A program made the position numbers and the translations under genes. The notes under the pieces were generated by a model that was not told where the DNA came from, ran no database searches, and was given only the letters and a program-made list of their open reading frames with translations. From a virus (Duplodnaviria; Caudoviricetes), in the IMG/VR virus record IMGVR_UViG_2936514734_000001, positions 175,375 to 239,374 of that record: a DNA stretch of 64,000 bases; one strand, given 5' to 3'. Every line of letters starts with the position of its first letter. The stretch's first letter is position 1. Positions 1 to 9,298 of this stretch are shown here, in pieces.

Positions 1-68
1 ACCGTATCTGAAGGTATTCCTCCTACAGGTTCCAATGTTTCAATCTCCAAGCTCTTCATCCCCCTCAT
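1..68 (-). CDS. 5' end of a gene that runs off the left edge (partial)
   Basis: Open frame MRGMKSLEIETLEPVGGIPSDT..., with GAGGGG SD ahead of a TTG at 50. Confidence 0.4.
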   Translation of the reverse strand, partial: MRGMKSLEIETLEPVGGIPSDT

Positions 69-239
69 GTTTAATGAATTCTCATGTTCTTAGTTTTTGT
101 AGTCTTTTAGGTTACTAACTATCAATTAGCTTGTTAGTTGTTTTTATGTTCGTTGTGATTTGTGATTTTGTTTAGTTGTTAGTCTAACTGACAAGTTAAT
201 AACCTAAATGGAGTACACAACTGTTTAACAGGTACTTTA

Positions 240-652
240 TACTTTTGGTAAGCTGCCGAGTTACGTTAGACCAGAAGATACACCTATCCCTTGGAAGGGG
301 AAAAAGGTGTAAATAGCTACTTTACTTTTGTATAAGTGCCTGAGAACTTATGAGCCACCGTTATGTTACACGAGATTTCTCTCTAAGTAAGCACAACATC
401 AATCCTCCCCGATGCTGTATCGCTTACTTACTATGTCCCCGTAAGGACTAAGGATTCCTCCCAACCTTTTTATTGCAAGAGGTAGTTGTCACCTCTCTGA
501 GACTCCTTTTCCACAATCCATAACGGTAGATTGCTTGCCTAATGAAAAGTACGCTGATATTATTTGCAGTTGCTTCAGCTCGCCTGACCTTTTATTTTCA
601 CGTCGTTTAAGGGCGATTCGACGATTATGTATTCAGTTATTGTGCCTACATA
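240..652 (-). ncRNA. Candidate large structured non-coding RNA
   Basis: No ORF; dense inverted repeats (taagtaagc/gcttactta, accgttatg/cataacggt long-range, agaggt/acctct, cgtcg/cgacg, acacct/aggtgt). Strand inferred from flanking genes. Confidence 0.45.
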
Positions 653-759
653 AAACAACCCTTTAGTTTTAAAAAGTCAATAGGTCAGGAGTAAGTTATA
701 TAATTTAATTTATTCTGACAATTATAGAAAACAAAAAAGAGAAGGCTACAAAAACCTTC

Positions 760-1185
760 TCAGGAAGATACTTTACGTATAGATTTAACTAATATACGAA
801 ACGGATCATCATCTTGTTTAACCGTTATAGTTGTATTTGCCTCCGATACAAAGTCGCATACTTTTTCGGGTCTAAACACAATACCGGTAGTAATTATAAT
901 ATCCCCAATAGCAATATCCAGTTGGTCCCAAAATACTGGTGGTACCACTACAAGTAATTCTCCAAGAGTATCATCAATTGTTACAAATATAATCCGCTGC
1001 CTTTGATCATCAATCAGCATACCTGTATCGACTATATATTTAACTTTACCACCGCATGTAACTTCATCTTTTTGTTTGCTACTTTTTTGAATAGTATAAG
1101 AGAATGCTGTTATATGTGGCTTAATAGTATCGATAATATTTTTAATCTCTTTTTGTCTTTCTTTTTCGTGATTAGTTAATGGCAA
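760..1185 (-). CDS. OB-fold nucleic-acid-binding protein (resembles the DnaE OB domain)
   Basis: FVTIDDTLGELLVVV...GDIIITTG pattern; likely TTG start at 1185 behind GAAAGGGG, overlapping the RNase H stop. Confidence 0.55.
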   Translation of the reverse strand: MPLTNHEKERQKEIKNIIDTIKPHITAFSYTIQKSSKQKDEVTCGGKVKYIVDTGMLIDDQRQRIIFVTIDDTLGELLVVVPPVFWDQLDIAIGDIIITTGIVFRPEKVCDFVSEANTTITVKQDDDPFRILVKSIRKVSS

Positions 1186-1852
1186 ATTCTTCGCCCCTTT
1201 CATACATATCCATGAGTTGATTAACAAGCGCATCTGTGATTTTATTGTGTTCTCTTGGTACATGCTTCAACTCTACATTAGGGAATGAGTACAATTTATT
1301 CTTTAATTCTAGGGCGTAATCTCTAAATATCTTTTGTGCAGGTAGTTTAGTTGATACATGCTGTACCATGGATGCACTATCTGTTACAAATATGATTCTG
1401 TCTGCTTTAACCTTATATTTTTCTACAAACAATAAAGCTTGTAGTAAGCCATGATACTCCGCAAGAGTCGAATTAATATCTACTGTTTCACCTGTTGGTA
1501 AAGTAATTTTGTCACCAATAAATGTCGCATCATGTTTTAACATCTTTTGATCACCGTAGATAGCAAAAGCACTAGCCGATAATGAACGTAAGTTGTTGTC
1601 ATGATTATTTCGAACACCTCCATCAGTAAAGACAACCACAGTGTTATATTTCTCTTGAAATGTTTTCTGAGTCTTTAAATCTTCTAATAGAGCGCCTACA
1701 TCGTATCCATTTTCCTTCATCTCTTTCAATAGCAAATCTTGTTTTAAAGAAATTTCTTTTGCTGAACTATGATTACCGCTATCAACTTGTTCATAAAAAG
1801 AAAAAAACAGATGACTAAACTCACTAGCCATCTGCTCGACTGTATTAACCAA
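1172..1852 (-). CDS. Ribonuclease HI-family protein with N-terminal extension
   Basis: Motifs FTDGG, AEYHGL, TDS, HVPREHNKITDAL (D-E-D-D catalytic set). Confidence 0.85.
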   Translation of the reverse strand: MVNTVEQMASEFSHLFFSFYEQVDSGNHSSAKEISLKQDLLLKEMKENGYDVGALLEDLKTQKTFQEKYNTVVVFTDGGVRNNHDNNLRSLSASAFAIYGDQKMLKHDATFIGDKITLPTGETVDINSTLAEYHGLLQALLFVEKYKVKADRIIFVTDSASMVQHVSTKLPAQKIFRDYALELKNKLYSFPNVELKHVPREHNKITDALVNQLMDMYERGEEFAIN

Positions 1853-2720
1853 GGTATTGATTAATGATACTTTCTTTATTTAGGAACGTGCGGTAAATTC
1901 CTTTTCGCGTATCAAAAGTGATAGCAAAACAATGTAATCCAGGCATATCCTCATTATCTATTCTTGCAGTTAGGAGGATATTTGCAAAGTTAAACAATAG
2001 GTTAGCAGCTGTAATGTTAGTCATAATGTTTTGTGGGTGAGATACCGCTGCTTCGTCACAACTTAGCTCTGTAGGTAGTTTATCCGCACCTTCTAGTACT
2101 TCAGGAAACATTTCACCTACCATTGGTGTGCGGAACCAAGAGTTTTGACCAAGTTCATTTACATAACCTCTTCCTGGTAAAAATCCGCATACAACTTGAC
2201 CATTCAAGAATTCATTACCACTACTTAATGAAAAAACGCCTCTAGTTTTTTGTTGAAGCTCTAATGCTGCCTCATGAATGAATACGCGTGTTTTATTATT
2301 ATCAACACAATCAACTAATACAGGAATCATAGGAGGTTCATTTTCCAATAAAGATAAAACCAACTTAGTTAACATTTCTGTATTAGTGATATATTCATCT
2401 AAATATTGAATGTTTGTGCTAAAAGCAACACCGTAACGGGTAGATAGAACTTCTGCTTTATTCTTTTCTAAATCCTTTTCTACAAAGTTCTGACGATTAA
2501 GGTTAGATAAAGACACAGTATCTGCATCAATAAGAACTAACTTATGCGGAGGTAGTCCTTCCATTTTTCTTAATTTATTTGTAATTGAGATTTGTCTTGC
2601 TAGGTTAGGAATAAGGTAACCACCTGTTCCACCCGCACCCACTACTACGAATAGTTTAGATATGTGATATGATGTGTCAAGATTGTATGTAGTTTCTAAA
2701 TTTAATTGTAACGTTGACAT
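1845..2720 (-). CDS. ThiF/E1-like ubiquitin-activating enzyme (PRTRC ThiF type)
   Basis: VVGAGGTGG, DADTVSLSNLNRQNF, DCVDNNKTR, GNE..GQV, LSCDEA (candidate catalytic Cys). Confidence 0.9.
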   Translation of the reverse strand: MSTLQLNLETTYNLDTSYHISKLFVVVGAGGTGGYLIPNLARQISITNKLRKMEGLPPHKLVLIDADTVSLSNLNRQNFVEKDLEKNKAEVLSTRYGVAFSTNIQYLDEYITNTEMLTKLVLSLLENEPPMIPVLVDCVDNNKTRVFIHEAALELQQKTRGVFSLSSGNEFLNGQVVCGFLPGRGYVNELGQNSWFRTPMVGEMFPEVLEGADKLPTELSCDEAAVSHPQNIMTNITAANLLFNFANILLTARIDNEDMPGLHCFAITFDTRKGIYRTFLNKESIINQYLG

Positions 2721-2776
2721 ATTAATTCCCCTCTCTATAACCGAAAAGTGTAGGGGCGTTAGCCCCCACTATCTTA

Positions 2777-4042
2777 TTAAATTTGGTTTTGTTTAACCGC
2801 ACCGATTGCGGCTTCAATAATTTGGTTGTAACCTAACTTTGTATAATCAGCTGTGATATCAGCAACATTATCCGCTACATCCAACTTCCTTACTTCATCT
2901 TTTAAGTCTAAGAACTGAACAATTTCTGCGTTTTCAAAATCATTCGTACTGAATGGTAGTGCTGAATGACCACCATATCCTTCATTTAGAAGGTGACTGC
3001 TGTACATAGCTTCCTCCAAGCCGTAGAGATCGCCTTCAAAATCCTCTGGAAATAATGTTGTTTGCCCTGATAAAGGCTGAAGTTTTCCGTTTGCTTTGGC
3101 GAGATAACTGTTACTGGGATAGGTTGATTTCAAATTCGGAACATATTTCTTAGTATGTTGTTCCATCCATTCCGCTGGGTATTCAATATTTTCGAATGGT
3201 CCTCGATAAAGCTCCTCTGTAGTTTCTGTAAACGTCTGTGACTCGAAACCTGGAACAGTAGAGCTAACAACATGAGTTGATGTCGTAACCATCATAGGCC
3301 AATCAAACAATACAGAAGGGCATACTAATTTTTTAGATTTACCTGTAACATAACGAAATGCGAAAGCAGGTTGTTCATTTTTAATCTGACCCCATACTCC
3401 ATAAAACTGCGTGCTGTTTTCATTGGCGTCATCTGTAGAGCTAAAAAATGCATTCATAGTATGGTGTGAATGAGTTTCTGCTAATAAGGATAAGTTTTGT
3501 CTTAGCCAGTCAACCATTGGGTCGCCATGAAATTCTGACAAACTAGCACTATTTTCTTGTCGTGGAACATACACAACTAATTGCCCATCAACCAACAACC
3601 CCTTCATTGGAGTATCATCAGAGTACTTAACTGGCAATGCTTTGTTGTCTTTATTCCAAAAGAAAAGCAATGATGCTTCAGTTCCATCCTTAGCGTGAAC
3701 ATCACGATAAAAGCTTAAAGCCATTTGAAGATACTTGAATGGAATTTTCGGAACAAGTAGTTCTGTTCCTTCAGTCATTTTATTTAAACCAGGGATGCTA
3801 TCTTTAAAATCTTGTACCTTTGTTTTAAATACTGCTGTATCAGTTTTCTCTACACGGAATAAACCGTTAGCTGCTGTCACAAAGTTAATCTTTTTCAAAG
3901 AGTCTGTGTTGTAATTAGAGTCATAAGCTAAGTATTCCGTTACTTGACTTGCAATCTGACTCGCTAGTAGATTTGATAGATTAAGTGTCATTTGTATGCT
4001 CTCCATTCTAACTTTTTCTCTTGTAATAAATGTTATTAACAC
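2777..4042 (-). CDS. JAB/MPN+ metallopeptidase (PRTRC protein A-like)
   Basis: JAMM motif HSHHTMNAFFSSTDD plus upstream Glu (GTEA); start may be 4006. Confidence 0.88.
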   Translation of the reverse strand: MLITFITREKVRMESIQMTLNLSNLLASQIASQVTEYLAYDSNYNTDSLKKINFVTAANGLFRVEKTDTAVFKTKVQDFKDSIPGLNKMTEGTELLVPKIPFKYLQMALSFYRDVHAKDGTEASLLFFWNKDNKALPVKYSDDTPMKGLLVDGQLVVYVPRQENSASLSEFHGDPMVDWLRQNLSLLAETHSHHTMNAFFSSTDDANENSTQFYGVWGQIKNEQPAFAFRYVTGKSKKLVCPSVLFDWPMMVTTSTHVVSSTVPGFESQTFTETTEELYRGPFENIEYPAEWMEQHTKKYVPNLKSTYPSNSYLAKANGKLQPLSGQTTLFPEDFEGDLYGLEEAMYSSHLLNEGYGGHSALPFSTNDFENAEIVQFLDLKDEVRKLDVADNVADITADYTKLGYNQIIEAAIGAVKQNQI

Positions 4043-4134
4043 ATATTCCCCTTATAAACAGTGTTACTTAGTTTATTCTAGGGGAATCTGTTATTTTATA
4101 GGTTAATACAGTGTTTATGAGTTGATTCTCAAAG

Positions 4135-4905
4135 TCATTCAAAGATGCCTGGAAGATAGTTTTTCACTGCTTGTTGCACATCTAATGTTGAAGATGATTT
4201 AAGCGAGTCAAAGGGATAAACAAATTCTTCTCCCGCTTCTTTGCTTGCTTGTAGTTTTCTAGATAAATCAACCATATGATAAACAGCACAATCTGTATTA
4301 AATGGTGAATATTCCTCGGATTCAGGATCTGGATTCCATTCAAATTCTTTTACTCGATTATGAGAAAGATCAAAGTTAAATGGTTGAGCAAAGAAACGTG
4401 CTGGAATATTTTGAATCGATTTACCCGTTGGTACCTCTGGATTTTCATGTCCCCAACAAATACCATGAGCAACACCGATATTAGGAAAAGGCGCATGTAA
4501 GACCTTATCCTTAAATGAAAGCAATTCGTGTTTAAGTACGTACATCATAGAATGTCTTAAACGTTTTCTTCCATTTCCATCAGTAAATACTTCAAAAATC
4601 CAAAGCATTGGCGGTACTGGAATAGTAAACTCTTTAGGAACACCAGTATCACGCGATGCAAAAACAACCTGTCTCTCTGTTGCAGGTGTGGTCATTACAT
4701 AGCCTTCGTAATGATTCTTACGATAATACTTAACAACTCCCCATTGAGAAGGAAGAAGCGGTGTTTCCATGGCCTGCTCCTTCATAAAGATTTCTTGAAT
4801 AGTTTCGATGTTTGTATGTTTAATTGTTTTAATCCCTTGCTCATTAACAGTCGTTACTGTTACCTTTTCTGGTTCTAAAACAATAGTTGTGCTTGGTGTA
4901 GCCAT
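4135..4905 (-). CDS. Prokaryotic E2-like ubiquitin-conjugating protein (PRTRC protein B-like)
   Basis: HAPFPNI...GICWG motif with Cys, followed by FF.QPFN.DL; sits beside E1/JAB. Confidence 0.8.
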   Translation of the reverse strand: MATPSTTIVLEPEKVTVTTVNEQGIKTIKHTNIETIQEIFMKEQAMETPLLPSQWGVVKYYRKNHYEGYVMTTPATERQVVFASRDTGVPKEFTIPVPPMLWIFEVFTDGNGRKRLRHSMMYVLKHELLSFKDKVLHAPFPNIGVAHGICWGHENPEVPTGKSIQNIPARFFAQPFNFDLSHNRVKEFEWNPDPESEEYSPFNTDCAVYHMVDLSRKLQASKEAGEEFVYPFDSLKSSSTLDVQQAVKNYLPGIFE

Positions 4906-5177
4906 TATTTTACCTCCCTAATGTTCAATACGCCTTGAATGAATTCTGCATTTTTATCACTATTAAAATCCGCTTTGATTTTATCAATATCAATTCCTAG
5001 CTCTACTGCTTGCTCAAAGGATATTCCAGCTTCACTCATTACTTCATCCGTAATTTTCTCTTCTAAAAGCTCACCCTTATCTAAAGAGGCGGACTGAATA
5101 GCTTCCTCTTTAGATAATGCCTTTACCTTATATTTTTGTTCAGCAAGAACTAATAAAGTTACCTCATACTCTTTCAT
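4905..5177 (-). CDS. Hypothetical protein in the Ubl operon
   Basis: GGAGG SD; stop overlaps the E2 start. Confidence 0.7.
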   Translation of the reverse strand: MKEYEVTLLVLAEQKYKVKALSKEEAIQSASLDKGELLEEKITDEVMSEAGISFEQAVELGIDIDKIKADFNSDKNAEFIQGVLNIREVK

Positions 5178-5191
5178 TAGTAATCCTCCAA

Positions 5192-6829
5192 TCAGCCTGC
5201 AAAGCTATGAATAGTGAGCAATGCCTGTTGTTTTGTACTGTGTCGATCTACAAATTTATAAATAGAATAAAGACCAGGTGGTAATTGTAATGCACGCAAT
5301 GCCTTATCTATATCTTGATGTATTGTGTACAATCTTTTTACTCCCTCTTCATCTATTCGTATCGCGCCTATTGTACCTGAGCTGTCTCTAACAACTACAA
5401 AGCCATTAGGATGTTTCGCATTTTTTGTAAGTAATTCCTTACTGAAATCTATAGAAGTTCTTTCGAAACTGTATAAATCATTATCAATGAAAGTTGAAGC
5501 TGAACTTGAGTCTTCTTCACTTTGTCCTTCTAACAGTTTAGAAGTCGTAAGGAATTTCTCCACAACCGCTTTAGGATCTAACGATCTATCTTGTTTAATA
5601 AAATCAACTACAGCACTAAATACTGTATTCTCCTGCATTTCAAGTTTTTCTAATGGTTTCTCTAAAGATTCCACTAGTTTCTTACAGATTTCAATTTCTT
5701 CTACTAACTCTTCCGGTATTAATTGTTTAAAATCTTCATGTGATGCTTTTACAAAGATATTATTATTAATAATGTAAGGATTAGCTCCATCTAGACTACG
5801 AGGTGATTCATTATCATAATCAGTGTATTGACCTACTCCTAAATACTTAAGTTCCTCAGTATCAGCGGGCAAAGTATCTGAAATGATAATTGGCTTAGCT
5901 ACATAACTCGCATCATCACTCATATCATGTGAAGAATAGATATGGACAGAAGAACCTAAGAAAAGCAGATCCTCAAATGATGGCTCTTTAACAAACACAT
6001 CTCTATTGTGTTCTACACAAAGATTGCGTAAAGCTTCATCTTCTATAAGTGAAACGGGAACAATCATCTTAGAAAGCAACTCTTTAAGAATAGAAACTCC
6101 AAACTTCATATGTTCTTCACGTAGTGATTCTTTTAGTCGTTCATTAAAAGCATCAACCGCATCATTTAAAGTGCTGTAGTCATCAGATAAATCTTGGATA
6201 TACCTTTTCTCTGATTTAACTACCTGATAAATATTTGAGAAATATGTGCTACCTGCACTTAGTCCAAATAAGCGTCCTCTACTATCATGTGGAAGACAGA
6301 AATCCCCACTTAAAGGAATCTTATTTCTCACGAGAATCAAGTTATCATCTTCATCTTTTGTGCATAGGCTCCTAATACGGTCATAATAGTAATTAGAACG
6401 AAACTTACGCCAAAAACCTGAGTTGTAACTTTGCAAAAATGAATCTCTAAAGCGAGCCATATTCTTATACTTTTCAAACTTCTCAATCATAGCTGCTGTC
6501 TCTTCGTCAATTACTAATTTAAAGACATCAGAATGATTATCGTTACTTACTAATTCTTCGTGAGTAATCTCATAGTATTGATTTAGCTCCTTAAGGATTT
6601 CATTAGTAACTTCAAAGAATAGCTGCTTAGATTGTTCAAGATTATTAGAAGGAACATTCTCCATCTTTTCTTGCAGGATATTAATAATTTCTGTAAAGCG
6701 TTCCTCGGGCATACTATTCTTTAGACTATGTAAAAGATTAAAAACCCCACGTCTATATTCAACTTCTGTAGTCATAAGCTCATTTGACATGTAAACTCTC
6801 CTTTCTTTATTAGATGTAATCGACATCAA
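5192..6829 (-). CDS. Hypothetical acidic ~530-aa protein in the Ubl operon
   Basis: Long ORF; likely start 6790 after AAGGAGAG; no motif recognised. Confidence 0.75.
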   Translation of the reverse strand: MMSITSNKERRVYMSNELMTTEVEYRRGVFNLLHSLKNSMPEERFTEIINILQEKMENVPSNNLEQSKQLFFEVTNEILKELNQYYEITHEELVSNDNHSDVFKLVIDEETAAMIEKFEKYKNMARFRDSFLQSYNSGFWRKFRSNYYYDRIRSLCTKDEDDNLILVRNKIPLSGDFCLPHDSRGRLFGLSAGSTYFSNIYQVVKSEKRYIQDLSDDYSTLNDAVDAFNERLKESLREEHMKFGVSILKELLSKMIVPVSLIEDEALRNLCVEHNRDVFVKEPSFEDLLFLGSSVHIYSSHDMSDDASYVAKPIIISDTLPADTEELKYLGVGQYTDYDNESPRSLDGANPYIINNNIFVKASHEDFKQLIPEELVEEIEICKKLVESLEKPLEKLEMQENTVFSAVVDFIKQDRSLDPKAVVEKFLTTSKLLEGQSEEDSSSASTFIDNDLYSFERTSIDFSKELLTKNAKHPNGFVVVRDSSGTIGAIRIDEEGVKRLYTIHQDIDKALRALQLPPGLYSIYKFVDRHSTKQQALLTIHSFAG

Positions 6830-7085
6830 AAGAGAAAACGTTTGGTAGTCGATCTAAACCAACAAGGTATTTCTTATACTCTTGCAAGTACGTTTTCAAT
6901 TGACGATCCATATTGTTAATAATGTTTGAGTTTTGATTTGTCATGTATTCATTAAATTCAAGAAAAGTCATTGGCTTTGTTAAGGTAGCAGAAGCTTCTG
7001 CAATTTCCGATGGCCAAAATTCAGTTTCTTGCACTTGTTCAAAACCATTTATAACTCTTAAAGTGAGCGGCGCTTGCTTTTCCAT
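6810..7085 (-). CDS. Hypothetical protein
   Basis: ORF with GGAGG SD before MEKQAP at 7085. Confidence 0.6.
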   Translation of the reverse strand: MEKQAPLTLRVINGFEQVQETEFWPSEIAEASATLTKPMTFLEFNEYMTNQNSNIINNMDRQLKTYLQEYKKYLVGLDRLPNVFSFDVDYI

Positions 7086-7254
7086 AAAGGAACCTCCGTA
7101 TCTATTAAAATAAAACAAAATATGAGGGAAACCAGTTTTAAACACCAGTTTCCCTTTCAATAAAACATATTCTGTTAGAATCCACTAGAAATCAGTGGAT
7201 GTGACCTTAAAAAGGTACTGACTATCTATTGGATTCTAGTATTTTCTATTAGAA

Positions 7255-7962
7255 TTAGTTGCCTTTAGTTCCTGCTTTAGCAGAGAAAGTAACTGTGTTT
7301 CCATTTTGAACAACGTTAGCATTTTCTAATTCCGGAAAGTTTTCTGCCATTGCTACTTTAAGTTGGTTAAGGTCTGTTGTTGCTGGCACGTTGATTTTTG
7401 TATCACCGTAAACCACTTCTAGTTGATCTGCACCTTTTGTACCTGCTTTTGCGTTGAAGATAATTTGACCTTCATTTACTGTTACGTTAGCATTTTCTAA
7501 TTCAGGGAAGTTCTCAGCCATTGCTACTTTGATGTCCGCTAATTCAGTGCTTGCTGGTAAGTTAATTTTAGTATCTCCATAAACTACTTCTACAGTTTCC
7601 ATTTCACCCGCTCCTTTAGTTCCTGCTTTTGCTTTAAATACGATTTCATTGTCGTTCACTTGTACATCAGCGTTTTCAAGCTCCGGGAAATTCTCAGCCA
7701 TCGCTGCTTTGATGCTTGATAATTCAGTACCTACTGGTAAATCGATTTTAGTATCTCCGTAAATCACCTTTAAGTTTTCCATGTTTGTTGCCCCTTTCGT
7801 TCCTGCTTTCGCTGTGAATTCAATTACATTACCGTTTACTGCTACATTTGCATTTTCAAGTTCTGGGAAGTTTTCAGCCATAGCTACCTTAATACTTTCT
7901 AAAGCTGTACCTTCTGGAAGATTGATTTTTGTATCACCATAAATTACTTGTAATGTGTTCAT
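7255..7962 (-). CDS. Poly-ubiquitin-like precursor: four tandem Prok_Ub/PRTRC protein C-like units
   Basis: Four ~58-aa repeats, each with YGDTKI, AMAENFPELENA and ending AKAGTKG; AGAGGAG SD before ATG 7962. Confidence 0.88.
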   Translation of the reverse strand: MNTLQVIYGDTKINLPEGTALESIKVAMAENFPELENANVAVNGNVIEFTAKAGTKGATNMENLKVIYGDTKIDLPVGTELSSIKAAMAENFPELENADVQVNDNEIVFKAKAGTKGAGEMETVEVVYGDTKINLPASTELADIKVAMAENFPELENANVTVNEGQIIFNAKAGTKGADQLEVVYGDTKINVPATTDLNQLKVAMAENFPELENANVVQNGNTVTFSAKAGTKGN

Positions 7963-8139
7963 TTGAAATTCTCCTCTTATAGAAACCATTAGTTTTTTAT
8001 TTTTCAATAGGGTTTCGTTAATTTTTTTTATTTTTTTTAGGGCATTGTGTATGCATATAGAAATCTAGGTTAATACCCTATAAAAACTTAGATTCCACTA
8101 GAAATTACTCAAAAAAAATAGACCTGCTTGATCAGCGGG

Positions 8140-8400
8140 TTATTCCCAACCAATCAATACAGGTCCTTTAAAGTCTACAATTCCAGAAACTAATTCTAGA
8201 TGTGCTGTACCGCAATCTGGACAAATAGAAAAGATACTTTCAAATTCTGTTTTTGTATGCGGCATTCCCGCTACATTTAAGAATTCTTCAATAAGCTCTA
8301 AATCATTATTACACATTGTGCAAGTAGATTGATTTGTAGCTCCTACTTGTCTAAGGTGTTTCGTGTAATCCATCGGTACCAATACCAGTTCGTAACTCAT
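8140..8400 (-). CDS. Small zinc-ribbon protein
   Basis: CTMC ... CPDC; GGGAGG SD. Confidence 0.65.
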   Translation of the reverse strand: MSYELVLVPMDYTKHLRQVGATNQSTCTMCNNDLELIEEFLNVAGMPHTKTEFESIFSICPDCGTAHLELVSGIVDFKGPVLIGWE

Positions 8401-8806
8401 TTAATTTTTCCTCCCAATGATAAAGCCCAGCTACAGCATTCTTATTTGTAACTGGCTTCAGCTCTACATATATAGAAACTACAGTTTTATCATTTCTTAG
8501 AGTGACAATATCATCACCAGTAACGTAATAGCCTTTAATTGATATGTAGAACTCTTTAAGCGTTTGTTCTAAGTTGTTTTGATTACAATAATTAACGTAA
8601 TAGCTTTCTAGATTCTTATTAAAAGATGTAATAGAACTTATGAATCGATTATAGTGTGATCTTCCATCAAATAAGCCTCTAGTAAATCGTAATTCATATA
8701 CACCATTTGTATTAATTACTCTTTGTATAAAATGGTCAATTGATGATTCGTTCATTACACTTTCAAAAACTTCAACTGCGTCGAGTTTCTTATCTAATTT
8801 TTGCAA
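8351..8806 (-). CDS. Hypothetical protein
   Basis: ORF with GGGAGAGG SD. Confidence 0.6.
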   Translation of the reverse strand: MQKLDKKLDAVEVFESVMNESSIDHFIQRVINTNGVYELRFTRGLFDGRSHYNRFISSITSFNKNLESYYVNYCNQNNLEQTLKEFYISIKGYYVTGDDIVTLRNDKTVVSIYVELKPVTNKNAVAGLYHWEEKLNELRTGIGTDGLHETP

Positions 8807-8830
8807 CAGGATCCTCTCCCTTTATTATGC

Positions 8831-9298
8831 TTAACTAGCTTCCTGGTACTCGACTTGTTCAGATTGTACTTTTTCTTGAGCTTTTAATCTTACTTGCTTT
8901 GCATACATTTCTTGTTGCTCTTGTTTTCTAACGTGTCGAGGAAGGAACATCCTTGCGCCATTAAGACCATACGCAATGCGGTTCCAATCTGTCAAGATGG
9001 TTGTTTTGAGCAATTTCGGATTTTGTAAAATAACATTGTATGCTTCTCTTAGGGTTAAGTCATCTAAATCAATCCCTTGTTCAGTTAAGAAATCGATTGT
9101 ACTGCCCCGCTGTGTTAATAAGTCATCTAAGCCATCTTCAGTAAGATGTAGTAGTGCTTGAAATTCTTTAAAAGTAAAGCGATCTCGCACAATGTGCTTG
9201 ATTGTGGCATTAAGATTATACTTAGATAGTTTTTCAGCCACTTTTTCTCCTTCGGATGTATTGATTGTGTAAATAGTTATAAATTGATTCTCCAACAA
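8831..9298 (-). CDS. Spx/ArsC-family transcription regulator homologue lacking CxxC
   Basis: LTEDGLDDLL, QNPKLLK..I.TD..R...G, MFLPRHVRK match B. subtilis Spx (MTEDGTDEII, PGLLRRPII, FLPRKVR). Confidence 0.8.
   Translation of the reverse strand: MLENQFITIYTINTSEGEKVAEKLSKYNLNATIKHIVRDRFTFKEFQALLHLTEDGLDDLLTQRGSTIDFLTEQGIDLDDLTLREAYNVILQNPKLLKTTILTDWNRIAYGLNGARMFLPRHVRKQEQQEMYAKQVRLKAQEKVQSEQVEYQEAS

Noticed and set aside
1845-2720. ThiF/MoeB for thiamine or molybdopterin synthesis
   Set aside because: No cofactor pathway genes nearby; E2, JAB and Ubl neighbours point to conjugation
5325-5777. Opposite-strand or overlapping ORFs in the track (e.g. 5325-5777, 10418-10780, 12445-12861, 30952-32870 set, 45112-45543, 48854-49540)
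   Set aside because: They shadow well-supported genes, lack SDs and have Ser/Phe-rich antisense composition
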